From positions 1,638 through 65,637 of the forward strand of contig CAISWF010000170.1 of the NCBI GenBank assembly GCA_903889135.1: a stretch of DNA of 64,000 nt, in the 5' to 3' direction. The DNA is from Candidatus Omnitrophota bacterium (GTDB taxonomy: Bacteria; Omnitrophota; Gorgyraeia; Pluralincolimonadales; Pluralincolimonadaceae). Positions 7,722 to 16,951 of the stretch are shown in pieces. The notes under the pieces were generated by a model. The model worked only from the letters and a program-made list of their open reading frames with translations. It ran no database searches and was not told the DNA's origin. Each line of letters starts with the position of its first letter. Within the stretch, counting starts at the first letter, position 1. Made by a program: the position numbers and the translations under genes.

Positions 7722-9702
7722 TAAGACAATAGGCAGGAGACTTAAAAATATAGTTATCGGAGGGGCGTACGATCCGCACGATAAGAAGATATTCCACAAT
7801 ATCTCCCTTATAGCTTTTTTCGCGTGGATAGGCATCGGCGCCGACGGACTCTCTTCGTCTTGCTACGGCCCCCAGGAAGCGTTCCTGGCGTTACAGGGCC
7901 ACATGTACCTGGGCATCTTCGTCGCCCTGCTGTCAGCCGCGACGATCGCGATCATAAGCGCGAGCTATTCACAGATAGTCGAGATATTCCCGTCCGGAGG
8001 AGGAGGATATCTTGTTGCCAGCAAACTGCTCTCTCCGAAGACCGGCATGGTCTCCGGCTGCGCCCTCCTGATAGACTACATACTTACGATAACCGTCTCT
8101 GTCGCGGCCGGCGCCGATGCGGTTTTCAGTTTCCTCCCGGCAAGCTGGTATCCGTACAGGCTTTTATTCGCCTGCCTTGTATTGTTCGGGCTTATACTTC
8201 TTAACCTTAGGGGCGTTAAGGAGTCAGTCATGGTCCTTATGCCGATCTTCATTGTATTCATGATAACCCACATATTGCTGATCTTATATGCCCTCTCGCT
8301 GCACGCCTCGAATTTCCCGCAGGTGGTCTCGCAGACGAGGATCGATGCGCACAATACGGCCGCGCAATTGGGTTTTTTCGGGATGGTATTCCTCGTATTA
8401 AGGGCATACAGCATGGGCGCCGGTACCTATACCGGCATCGAGGCTGTCAGCAATTCGCTTCCCGTACTGAGAGAGCCGAAAGTCGAGACAGCGAAGCGGA
8501 CCATGCTCTACATGTCCCTATCTCTCGCTTTTATGGTCTTGGGCCTTACGCTCGCTTACGTCCTCTTTAAGGTACAATTCCAGGAAGGCAAGACATTAAA
8601 TGCCGTGTTGCTGGAGCAGGTGACCGGCTCATGGGGCAGGAGCTGGGGCGTGCCGTTTATCCTTATAACGCTCGTCTCCGAAGCGGTCCTGCTTTTCGTC
8701 GCGGCGCAGACCGGTTTTATCGACGGACCGAGGGTGTTATCGTATATGGCGCTCGATAAATGGGTGCCGACGAGGTTCGCGACGTTAAGCGACCGCTTTG
8801 TCACGTTAAACGGCGTCTTGATAATGGGCGCGGCCGCGCTGGTCCTTATGATATCCACGCGCGGGTCTGTCGCGCTCCTGGTCGTCCTGTATAGTATAAA
8901 CGTTTTCATTACTTTCACCCTTTCGCAGGCAGGGATGGTCCGCCATTGGTGGATCGAGCGCAAGGTATTGCCATCGTGGCGCAGAAAACTCGCGATAAAC
9001 GGTGTCGGCCTGGTGATGACCGCTTTTATACTTATATCAATAATCGTCGTGAAATTCACCGAGGGCGGATGGATAACGCTGGTCGTGACCGGGACGCTCA
9101 TCTTTATCGTAGTTTCGATAAGGAGGCATTATGACAATACGGCGAAATTATTAAAGAGGCTCGACGCCCTTGTCATGGCGGCCGGTTATTCCAGTTCCGA
9201 GGAGATCCCGGGCATAACGAAGAAAGAGATAGGGGAATTCGATCCCGAGGCGAAGACCGCCGTCCTGCTCGTCAACGGATTTAACGGGATGGGGCTCCAC
9301 ACGCTCTTCAATGTCTTCCGGCTCTTCGGGGATTCGTTCAAGAATTTCGTTTTCGTGCAGATAGCCGTAATAGACGCGGGAAATTTCAAGGGGGCGGCTG
9401 AATTGGACCGCCTGCAGGCTCAGGCAAAGAGCGAGATAGACCGTTACGTCAAATTCGTCGAACAGCACGGCTACCATGCCGAAGGCATGTTCTCGATCGG
9501 GACCGACGTGGTAGAGGAGGCCTCAAAACTCGGGCCGAAGATAGTCGAAAAATACCCGCAATCCGTCTTCTTCGGAGGCCAGATAGTCTTCCCTAAGGAA
9601 ACGTTCCTTACCAGGCTGCTCCATAATTACACCGTCTTCTCGATGCAGAGGAAATTCTACCACGAGGGGATACCGGTAGTCATCCTTCCGATAAGAGTCT
9701 AA
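7711..9702 (+). CDS. APC-superfamily amino acid permease with a roughly 200-aa C-terminal cytoplasmic domain
   Basis: The GADGLSSSCYGP and FPSGGGGY motifs are typical of APC transporters. The polytopic N-terminal 450 aa are followed by a soluble tail. Confidence 0.65.
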   Translation: MEPDKTIGRRLKNIVIGGAYDPHDKKIFHNISLIAFFAWIGIGADGLSSSCYGPQEAFLALQGHMYLGIFVALLSAATIAIISASYSQIVEIFPSGGGGYLVASKLLSPKTGMVSGCALLIDYILTITVSVAAGADAVFSFLPASWYPYRLLFACLVLFGLILLNLRGVKESVMVLMPIFIVFMITHILLILYALSLHASNFPQVVSQTRIDAHNTAAQLGFFGMVFLVLRAYSMGAGTYTGIEAVSNSLPVLREPKVETAKRTMLYMSLSLAFMVLGLTLAYVLFKVQFQEGKTLNAVLLEQVTGSWGRSWGVPFILITLVSEAVLLFVAAQTGFIDGPRVLSYMALDKWVPTRFATLSDRFVTLNGVLIMGAAALVLMISTRGSVALLVVLYSINVFITFTLSQAGMVRHWWIERKVLPSWRRKLAINGVGLVMTAFILISIIVVKFTEGGWITLVVTGTLIFIVVSIRRHYDNTAKLLKRLDALVMAAGYSSSEEIPGITKKEIGEFDPEAKTAVLLVNGFNGMGLHTLFNVFRLFGDSFKNFVFVQIAVIDAGNFKGAAELDRLQAQAKSEIDRYVKFVEQHGYHAEGMFSIGTDVVEEASKLGPKIVEKYPQSVFFGGQIVFPKETFLTRLLHNYTVFSMQRKFYHEGIPVVILPIRV

Positions 9703-9712
9703 TAAGACAAAA

Positions 9713-9747
9713 TAAACCCGCCTAAAATAATGCGTTAGGCGGGTTTA
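9713..9747. terminator. Bidirectional intrinsic terminator hairpin
   Basis: A 12-bp stem (aaacccgcctaa / ttaggcgggttt) with a 9-nt loop. It is T-rich on the + side after the permease, and A-rich upstream, which is T-rich for the - strand tRNA-Leu. Confidence 0.6.
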
Positions 9748-9749
9748 TC

Positions 9750-9836
9750 TGGTGCCGGGGGAGGGAGTTGAACCCTCATGCCCTTACGGACATCAGTTTT
9801 TGAGACTGACTTGTATGCCAGTTCCAACACCCCGGC
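9750..9836 (-). tRNA. tRNA-Leu (anticodon CAA), class II with a long variable arm
   Basis: The reverse complement reads GCCGGGGTGTTGGAACTGGCATACAAGTCAGTCTCAAAAACTGATGTCCGTAAGGGCATGAGGGTTCAACTCCCTCCCCCGGCACCA. It has a 7-bp acceptor stem, anticodon loop CTCAAAA, T-loop GGTTCAACTCC and an encoded CCA. Confidence 0.8.
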
Positions 9837-9855
9837 AGTAAATCGGGCGGATTTA

Positions 9856-10719
9856 TTATTTCATCGCTTCCTTGGTATTCTTTACGAACGGCTCAAGCAG
9901 GTTCATGAATTCCATCGGGAAGATATATTTCGTCGACGGGCTCTGTCCCAAAGCTTTCAGCGTCTCAAGGTACTGGAGCGAAAGCGTTTTCGCGTCGACG
10001 TTCTTGGCTACAGAGAATATCCTATCTAACGCCAGCGAAAAACCCTCAGCCCTTAGTATTGCCGCCTGCCTGTCGCCCTCAGCCTTCAATATTGCCGACT
10101 GCTTCTCGCCCTCGGCTACCGTTATGGCCGCGGCTTTTGTACCTTCCGCCTCGATGATCACGGCGCGACGGGTCCTTTCGGCGGACATCTGCCTGATCAT
10201 GGCGTCGGATACGTCCTTGGGCGGCAGGATCTCGCGGATCTCGACGGTAGTTACCTTAACGCCCCAGCGCTCGGTGACATCGTCAAGTTTTTGGCGGAGG
10301 ACCGTGTTTATCTGCTCGCGTTTTGAAAGGACTTCATCAAGCCCTAAGTCGCCGACTACGGCTCTCAGGGTGGTCGTAGCGATACCCTGCGACGCTGCCG
10401 CGAAATTGCCTACCTGTATGATGCTCTTGTCCGGGTCGATGACCTTCCAGTAGATAAGGAAATCTATCGATATCGGCGCGTTGTCTTTCGTGATGCACGT
10501 CTGTTGGGGTATCTCAAGGAACAACTCCCTTAAGTCCACGTTCAGAGCCTGGTCTAGTATAGGGATAAGGAATACTATTCCCGGGCCCCTCTGGCCGATA
10601 GAGCGGCCGAGGCGGAAGACTACAAGGCGCTTGTATTCCCTGACGATCCTTATCGAGTTCGAAAGTACTATTATCCCGACTACCAGTAAAAAGAATATGA
10701 TCATTCCGCTAATAGCCAT
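9856..10719 (-). CDS. SPFH/band-7 (stomatin-like) protein
   Basis: An N-terminal TM is followed by an SPFH domain (RIVREYKRLVVFRLGR...TKDNAPISIDFLIYWKVIDP) and a coiled-coil EAEG/KAEG region. Confidence 0.85.
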   Translation of the reverse strand: MAISGMIIFFLLVVGIIVLSNSIRIVREYKRLVVFRLGRSIGQRGPGIVFLIPILDQALNVDLRELFLEIPQQTCITKDNAPISIDFLIYWKVIDPDKSIIQVGNFAAASQGIATTTLRAVVGDLGLDEVLSKREQINTVLRQKLDDVTERWGVKVTTVEIREILPPKDVSDAMIRQMSAERTRRAVIIEAEGTKAAAITVAEGEKQSAILKAEGDRQAAILRAEGFSLALDRIFSVAKNVDAKTLSLQYLETLKALGQSPSTKYIFPMEFMNLLEPFVKNTKEAMK

Positions 10720-11439
10720 TTATTGCCTCGCTTTCTCAACCTTTACGATTAAACCGTCAACCGACTTCACCTTGATCTTTTCGCCGCTCTTTATCGTTCC
10801 TTCTAATGATTCCGCGTACCAATCCTCGCCCTTTATATGCACGATCCCTTTAGGGATAAGGTCTGTCTTTGCCTCGCCTATGTTATCGGTAAGGCTTTCA
10901 GTGCCTGAAAAGGCTTTGCGTTTCTGGGCCTTAAGGATGAGCGGAAGCACAAATGCCATCAGGCCGGTCGTGCTTATGACCATCGCCGCGATGAGCGCTT
11001 TCGAGAGTTTCGTGAACTGCGGATCGGCCTTAAAAAGTATAAGGGAGCCGATAGTCAACGCCAGAATACCGCAGACGGTCAGTATGCCGTGCGTCGGCGC
11101 TTTCACGTCCAGCACGAACAGCACAAAGCTGAGCAGCATCACGATCAGCCCCGTGTAGTTGACCGGCAGGGAACCCATCCCGATGAAGGCGAGCGCCAGG
11201 CTCGCTATGCCTATGACGCTGCCGATCGTTATGCCGGGCGTGGCTATCTCGAATATTATCCCGTAAAAGCCGATAATAAGGAGGAGATACACAAGATTCG
11301 GGTCCTTCAGGCCGTCCAAAAACCCCTGAAGGGTACTTGCACCCCGCAGGGTGGTCCCGCCCTCTACCTGGGCGAAGAGCGGCGCGGCGGAGATCGCCAG
11401 GGACAAAAATATCGCGGCTATTAACAGTAGTTTTTTCAT
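10720..11439 (-). CDS. NfeD-family membrane protein (stomatin operon partner)
   Basis: A signal peptide, multiple TM helices and a C-terminal OB-fold region (GIVHIKGEDWYAESLEGTIKSGEKIKVKSVDGLIVKVE) are present. It is directly adjacent and co-oriented with the SPFH gene. Confidence 0.8.
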   Translation of the reverse strand: MKKLLLIAAIFLSLAISAAPLFAQVEGGTTLRGASTLQGFLDGLKDPNLVYLLLIIGFYGIIFEIATPGITIGSVIGIASLALAFIGMGSLPVNYTGLIVMLLSFVLFVLDVKAPTHGILTVCGILALTIGSLILFKADPQFTKLSKALIAAMVISTTGLMAFVLPLILKAQKRKAFSGTESLTDNIGEAKTDLIPKGIVHIKGEDWYAESLEGTIKSGEKIKVKSVDGLIVKVEKARQ

Positions 11440-11584
11440 TTTATCCTCGCGGTTAGAGTAGGTTAAAATATACCACCCCCTTGCGGTGTTGTCAATCCTT
11501 CGCTTCGCTCAGGATTATATTGTATTGACGACGGGACTCTTAAGTGATATCATTTTATCCCTATCCGAGAGGAAAATTATGCGT

Positions 11585-11660
11585 GGGGCTGTAGCTCACC
11601 CGGGAGAGCGCCTGCATGGCATGCAGGAGGTAAGGGGTTCGATCCCCCTCAGCTCCACCA
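11585..11660 (+). tRNA. tRNA-Ala (anticodon GGC)
   Basis: GGGGCTGTAGCTCACCCGGGAGAGCGCCTGCATGGCATGCAGGAGGTAAGGGGTTCGATCCCCCTCAGCTCCACCA, with a G3:U70 wobble pair typical of tRNA-Ala. A possible TTGACG/TATCAT promoter lies around 11525-11553, and a T-run follows the gene. Confidence 0.85.
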
Positions 11661-11700
11661 TTTTTTTATAAAAAACAACCATCTAACCCAAGGCCGATCA

Positions 11701-12204
11701 ATGACCAAGGTCTGCTCCGGATGCAAAAGGGAATTCAGCGAACTCGAGGGCCTTCGGCTCTCCTTCGGGGTTTGCCCGGACTGCGGCGGTACGGTCGTGA
11801 CGAAAGAGGCGGATATATCCGGTTTGAAGTATGCGACCATATTCGTTGCCGATGGAAGGGATGAAGCCGAAGAGGTAAGGCGCAGGCTGGACATAAACAG
11901 GATATCATATGTCACCCGCGGCGATTGGGAGTCGCGGAAAATTTACATAGATTTTTTGGTGAGGGAAGACAAGGCCGAGGAAGCGGCAGCCCTTCTTAAG
12001 GATATCATAGATGCCGAAGCCGTCCCGGAGCCGCCCACTGCCGAAGACGGGCAAGAAGTGCCTCATGTTTCCCCGGTACCAAAAGCGGTCTTTGACCGGA
12101 GCCAGACAGAGGACAAGGGCTCGAATAATGTAGCGATCCTGATAATCTCTTTCGCCGTTTTCGCTCTCCTCGTTATATTATTGAACTATATGGTGAAAAA
12201 ATGA
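11701..12204 (+). CDS. Zinc-ribbon (CxxC...CxxC) protein with a C-terminal TM anchor; hypothetical
   Basis: CSGCKREF...CPDCGG is followed by the DUF2007-like segment ATIFVADGRDEAEEVRRRLDINRISY and a C-terminal hydrophobic helix. The stop overlaps the nfo start (ATGA). Confidence 0.45.
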   Translation: MTKVCSGCKREFSELEGLRLSFGVCPDCGGTVVTKEADISGLKYATIFVADGRDEAEEVRRRLDINRISYVTRGDWESRKIYIDFLVREDKAEEAAALLKDIIDAEAVPEPPTAEDGQEVPHVSPVPKAVFDRSQTEDKGSNNVAILIISFAVFALLVILLNYMVKK

Positions 12205-13049
12205 AACTCGGCGTTCACGTATCTATAGCTGGGCATATCTACGAGGCGGTCGACAGGGCCGCCGCGCTGGGATGCAATGCGTTCCAGATATTCAGCCGCA
12301 ACCCTCGCGGATGGGAAGCGCTCGCCCTTGTGCCTGCCGACGTAGAGGAATTCAAGAGGCGCCGCAAAGATAAGAAGATATCGCCGGTCGTCGTCCATAT
12401 CCCTTACCTTATAAATCTCTGCTCCGGCGATGATGCCTTATGGAAGAAATCTCTGGATGCTTATATAGAAGACATCAAGCGGGCAGACGCGCTGGAAGCG
12501 GATTATTTCGTCACGCACCTCGGGAGCCCGAAAGACAAGGGCCGCGATTACGGGGTCGAGCGGTTCTCGAAAGGGATCGTCGAAGCGGTGACCGGCGCGA
12601 AGCCTAAGCTCATGATATTGCTTGAGAACACGGCCGGCGGCGGCGATTCGATCGGCTCGAAGTTCGAGGATATCGCCGAAATAATGAAGAACGTCAAGGC
12701 AAAGACCGGCGTAGATGTCGGAATGTGCCTCGACACCGCGCATACGTTCGAGGCGGGATTCGACGTCGGCACAGAGGAAGGGCTTGAAACGGCCTTAAAA
12801 AAGATTGATTCCACCGCAGGACTTGGTAAGATAAAGGTCGTACACTTTAACGATTCGTTGAGCGAGATGGGGTCGCATAACGACAGGCACTGGCATATCG
12901 GCAAGGGAAAGATCGGCGCCGGCGGCCTGAAGCGCATCGTAACCCATCCGAAACTCAAGGATTGCGCGTTCATCCTCGAGACGCCGAAAGAGACAGAGGA
13001 CGCGGACAAAAAGAACCTCGCGGCCGTAAGGAAGATGAGAAAGGATTAG
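12201..13049 (+). CDS. nfo: Endonuclease IV (AP endonuclease family 2)
   Basis: It shows the xylose-isomerase-like TIM-barrel Nfo pattern: VHIPYLINL, HLGS, LENTAGGG, CLDTAH, HFNDS. Confidence 0.85.
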   Translation: MKLGVHVSIAGHIYEAVDRAAALGCNAFQIFSRNPRGWEALALVPADVEEFKRRRKDKKISPVVVHIPYLINLCSGDDALWKKSLDAYIEDIKRADALEADYFVTHLGSPKDKGRDYGVERFSKGIVEAVTGAKPKLMILLENTAGGGDSIGSKFEDIAEIMKNVKAKTGVDVGMCLDTAHTFEAGFDVGTEEGLETALKKIDSTAGLGKIKVVHFNDSLSEMGSHNDRHWHIGKGKIGAGGLKRIVTHPKLKDCAFILETPKETEDADKKNLAAVRKMRKD

Positions 13050-15461
13050 ATGTACGATTTCAAGGCGATAGAAGAGAAGTGGCAGGAATATTGGGCGAAG
13101 AACGGGGTCTTTAAAGTAAAGACCGATCCCGCCAGGAAAAAATATTACCTCCTCGAGATGTTCCCGTACCCGTCCGGCCGCATCCACATGGGGCATGTCC
13201 GCAATTACACGATAGGCGACGTCGCCGCCCGCGTCAAGATCATGCAGGGATACAACGTCCTGCATCCGATGGGCTACGACGCGTTCGGCCAGCCGGCAGA
13301 GAACGCCGCCATTAAAAATAAAAGCCATCCGGAGACCTGGACGATAAGCTGCATAGACAACATGAGGAAGCAGCTCAAGAAGATGGGCCTCTCGTACGAT
13401 TGGGACAGGGAGGTCTCGACGTGCCTTCCCGATTATTACCGATGGAACCAGTGGATATTTCTGAAGATGCTCGAGGAAGGCCTCGCCTACAAAAAGGCCG
13501 CCGACGTCAACTGGTGTCCGGACTGCGAGACGACGCTTGCCAATGAAGAGGTCATAGACGGGAAATGCTGGCGGTGTAAGAAAGAAGTAAAACAGAAAAA
13601 GCTCGAACAGTGGTACCTAAAAATCACCGATTACAAGGAACCACTGCATAACGACCTGTTACAACTTAAGGAATGGCCGGATCGTGTCATTGCCATGCAG
13701 ATGAACTGGATCGGCAAGAGCAAGGGCGTCGAGATATTCTTCAAAGAAAGGGAAACCAGCGAGGTCATCCCCGTTTTTACGACACGCCAGGATACGATAT
13801 TCGGTTGTACCTATGTTGTACTAGCTCCCGAGCACCCGCTCGTCAAAAAAATAATAACCGGGAAGCCTCAGGAAAAACAGGTCCTGCAGTTCATAGATAA
13901 GGTATCGAAGGAGAGCAAGGTCGTCCGCGTTGCCGCCGATGTTAAGAAAGAAGGTATCTTTACCGGCGGGTATGCGATAAATCCGGTAAATAATGAGGCG
14001 GTCCAGATATGGGTTGCCGATTATGTCCTGATGGAATATGGCACCGGCGCGATAATGGCAGTGCCCGCACATGACCAGCGGGATTTTTTATTCGCGAAAG
14101 AACACGGTTTGCCGATGCGCGTAGTGATTCAGCCTGGTTTGGATAACGCTTCTAAACTTTCAGCTGAGACCATGACCGAGGCATTTGAGGGCCAAGGGAC
14201 AATGGCTTACTTGGTCAATTCCGGTCAGTTTAACGAATTACGAAATTGGACGGCAAAGGAAAAGATCGCCGATTGGATGGAACAGGCTAATATCGGCAAG
14301 CGCACTGTCAACTGGCGTCTACGCGACTGGCTCATCTCGCGCCAGCGTTATTGGGGAACGCCGATACCGGTCATATATTGTGAAAAATGCGGCGTAGTCC
14401 CGGTCCCCGAGAAAGACCTGCCGGTCATCCTGCCGAAAAAAGTCGAATTTACCGGCAAGGGCGGCAGCCCGCTCGCCTCGGTAAAGGAATTTACAGATGT
14501 CAAATGCCCGAAGTGCGGGGGCAAGGCGCGCCGCGAGACAGACACCATGGCGACGTTCATAGATTCATCCTGGTACTTCTTGAGATTTTGCTCCCCGAAG
14601 TATGACAAAGGAGCGTTCGATAAGGAAGACGTCAAATACTGGATGCCGGTCGACCAGTATATCGGCGGCATAGAGCATGCGGTATTGCATCTTTTATATT
14701 CGAGGTTCTTCACGAAATTCCTTCAGCGTATCGGACTCTTGGATTTTTCGGAACCGTTCCAGAAGTTATTGACGCAGGGGATGGTCTTGAAGGACGGCGA
14801 GGTTATGTCGAAATCGCGCGGGAACATCGTCGATCCCGACGAGATAATCGCGAAATATGGCGCGGACACGATGAGGCTGTTCATCCTCTTCGCGGCGCCG
14901 CCGGATACGGAACTTGAATGGGAAGAGCGCGGCACCGAAGGCGCTTTCAGGTTCCTGAACCGCGTCTGGCGCATTCAGGAGAACCTGAAAGAAAAGGCCG
15001 ACCCGGAGCTCATAAAGCTGACGCACAAGACGATAAAGAAGGTCACCGAAGATATAAACGAATTCAAGTTCAACACGGCTATCGCGGGCATGATGGAACT
15101 GGTGAACGCGATATACCAGTCCGGCGCCGATAAAGAAGTTTTCTCGGCGCTCGTACTGCTGCTTTCGCCGATAGCGCCGCATTTCTGCGAGGAGTTGTGG
15201 CAGTCGCTTGGCAATAGGGGGAGCATTTTGAAAGCCGGTTGGCCGAAATACGACCCGAAGATGCTGGTCGAGGAGAATATCACGATAGTCATACAGGTGA
15301 ACGGCAAAGTCCGCTCGAAGATCGAAGTGCCTGCGGGCATCACAAATGAGGAGCTTAAGGAACTAGCCCTCGGGGACGAAAAAGTAAAACCGTGGCTCGA
15401 GGGAAAGACTGCCAGGAATATCGTAATTGTGCCGAAGAGGCTGGTAAGCATCGTTGTTTGA
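13050..15461 (+). CDS. leuS: Leucyl-tRNA synthetase
   Basis: The HMGH class I motif (PYPSGRIHMGHVRNY) and VMSKSRGN are present. The length is 803 aa and LeuS editing and Zn-binding regions are recognisable. Confidence 0.95.
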   Translation: MYDFKAIEEKWQEYWAKNGVFKVKTDPARKKYYLLEMFPYPSGRIHMGHVRNYTIGDVAARVKIMQGYNVLHPMGYDAFGQPAENAAIKNKSHPETWTISCIDNMRKQLKKMGLSYDWDREVSTCLPDYYRWNQWIFLKMLEEGLAYKKAADVNWCPDCETTLANEEVIDGKCWRCKKEVKQKKLEQWYLKITDYKEPLHNDLLQLKEWPDRVIAMQMNWIGKSKGVEIFFKERETSEVIPVFTTRQDTIFGCTYVVLAPEHPLVKKIITGKPQEKQVLQFIDKVSKESKVVRVAADVKKEGIFTGGYAINPVNNEAVQIWVADYVLMEYGTGAIMAVPAHDQRDFLFAKEHGLPMRVVIQPGLDNASKLSAETMTEAFEGQGTMAYLVNSGQFNELRNWTAKEKIADWMEQANIGKRTVNWRLRDWLISRQRYWGTPIPVIYCEKCGVVPVPEKDLPVILPKKVEFTGKGGSPLASVKEFTDVKCPKCGGKARRETDTMATFIDSSWYFLRFCSPKYDKGAFDKEDVKYWMPVDQYIGGIEHAVLHLLYSRFFTKFLQRIGLLDFSEPFQKLLTQGMVLKDGEVMSKSRGNIVDPDEIIAKYGADTMRLFILFAAPPDTELEWEERGTEGAFRFLNRVWRIQENLKEKADPELIKLTHKTIKKVTEDINEFKFNTAIAGMMELVNAIYQSGADKEVFSALVLLLSPIAPHFCEELWQSLGNRGSILKAGWPKYDPKMLVEENITIVIQVNGKVRSKIEVPAGITNEELKELALGDEKVKPWLEGKTARNIVIVPKRLVSIVV

Positions 15462-15825
15462 CCTCACCGCTCAGGAGAAGAAGGTAATAATAGCCTTGGG
15501 CGCGTTCGCCGTCCTGGGGCTTTCGGTCCTTGCATACAGGACGTATTTCGCGCGGCCGACTTTGAGGGTTGCCCATTCCGGGGCGGGACCAGGCGCGGCC
15601 GCGGATTATAAGAAAGCCATAGACGGCCGGAACGCGGTAAATATCAATACCGCCGACGTTTCAAAGATAGAGACGCTGCCGGGCGTCGGGCCGAAACTCG
15701 CGAAAGAGATCGTCGATTACCGCGCGGAAAACGGGTTTTTCCTCCTTAAGGAAGACCTCAGGAAGGTCAAAGGCATCGGACAAAATAAATTTGACGGGAT
15801 AAAGGACTTTATTGTGCTTGAATAA
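15454..15825 (+). CDS. comEA: ComEA-like helix-hairpin-helix DNA-binding competence protein
   Basis: An N-terminal TM is followed by the HhH motifs VNINTADVSKIETLPGVGPKLAKEIVDYR and LRKVKGIGQNKF. Confidence 0.7.
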   Translation: MFDLTAQEKKVIIALGAFAVLGLSVLAYRTYFARPTLRVAHSGAGPGAAADYKKAIDGRNAVNINTADVSKIETLPGVGPKLAKEIVDYRAENGFFLLKEDLRKVKGIGQNKFDGIKDFIVLE

Positions 15826-15897
15826 GTTTATTCGGTGTGATATATTAAAACCTCGTTATGAAAACCCACCGTAAAAATAATAGAAAGGAGTAGTACG

Positions 15898-16926
15898 ATG
15901 TTAAAATTGAGAGTAGTTGCTGTTTTTGCGGCCATCTTTACCGTCATAGCTCTTGCGGGTTGCAACGCGGCGAAGAAGCCGGAAGTGAGCGGGCCCGCGG
16001 CTTCAAGGACCGGGATCCCGGCCGATTCTTCCGCGGCTCATAAAAGCGGAAAGGTCGTAGCGGAGATTGGGAATGAGAAGATAACGCTCGATGAAGTCGA
16101 TGAGATGATGAAGACGGTCCCGGAGCAGTATCAGTCCGTGGCGCAGGCGCATAAGGATATGTTACTGGACAGCATGATCAACCAGAAGCTGCTTTATGCC
16201 GAAGCCTCCAAACAGAATTTCGATAAAGATCCGGACGTCCAGAAACAATTGGATGATACCAGGAAAGAGTTATTGATAAAGGCCTACCTGAAAAAAGAGA
16301 TAGAGGATACGGTCAAGGTAACGGATGACGACGCGAAGAAATACTACGAGGCGAATAAGGACAAGTTCAAGGAACCCGAGAAGATAAAGGTATCGCATAT
16401 ATTAGTGGACAACGAGGCCGAGGCCAAGGATATCCTGGTTAAACTCAAGGGCGGCGCCGATTTCGCGGCTCTCGCTAAAGAGAAATCGAAGGACCCGAGC
16501 AAGGATAAAGGCGGGGAACTCGGTTTACTGAGCAAAGGCCAGACGGTCCCCGAGTTCGAGCAGGCTGCGTTCGCGCTCCAGCCCGGACAGGTAAGTGATG
16601 TGGTAAAGACCCAGTTTGGTTACCACATCATAAAAGTGACCGAGAAGCAGCCGGAGAAGATATTGGCGTATGACGATGTAAAGGACCGGTTGAAGCAGAT
16701 GCTGCTCTCCGACAAACAGAGGGAGCGCTTTGAGGCCCTCCTCAAGGACCTGAGGGACAGGAATAAGGTCACGGTTTATAAAGACGTATTAACTCCCCCC
16801 CAGCCGAAGGCCGATCCCAATGCGGCGCAGCCTCAGGCAGGGACACCCGCAGCGGCTCCGGCAGTATCGGCAACACCTGCATCGACGATGCCGGCAGCGC
16901 CTGCGCCGGCGCAGCAGGGGAAGTAA
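15898..16926 (+). CDS. Parvulin-type peptidyl-prolyl isomerase lipoprotein (PrsA/SurA-like)
   Basis: The lipobox is LAGC. A SurA-N-like domain is followed by the parvulin PPIase core (KVSHILVDNEAEAKDILVKLKGGADFAALAKEKSKDPSKDKGGELGLLSKGQTVPEFEQAAF...FGYHIIKV). The C-terminus is rich in Pro, Ala and Gln. Confidence 0.8.
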   Translation: MLKLRVVAVFAAIFTVIALAGCNAAKKPEVSGPAASRTGIPADSSAAHKSGKVVAEIGNEKITLDEVDEMMKTVPEQYQSVAQAHKDMLLDSMINQKLLYAEASKQNFDKDPDVQKQLDDTRKELLIKAYLKKEIEDTVKVTDDDAKKYYEANKDKFKEPEKIKVSHILVDNEAEAKDILVKLKGGADFAALAKEKSKDPSKDKGGELGLLSKGQTVPEFEQAAFALQPGQVSDVVKTQFGYHIIKVTEKQPEKILAYDDVKDRLKQMLLSDKQRERFEALLKDLRDRNKVTVYKDVLTPPQPKADPNAAQPQAGTPAAAPAVSATPASTMPAAPAPAQQGK

Positions 16927-16951
16927 CCGGCTTATTGCAAATAAGTTTTAG

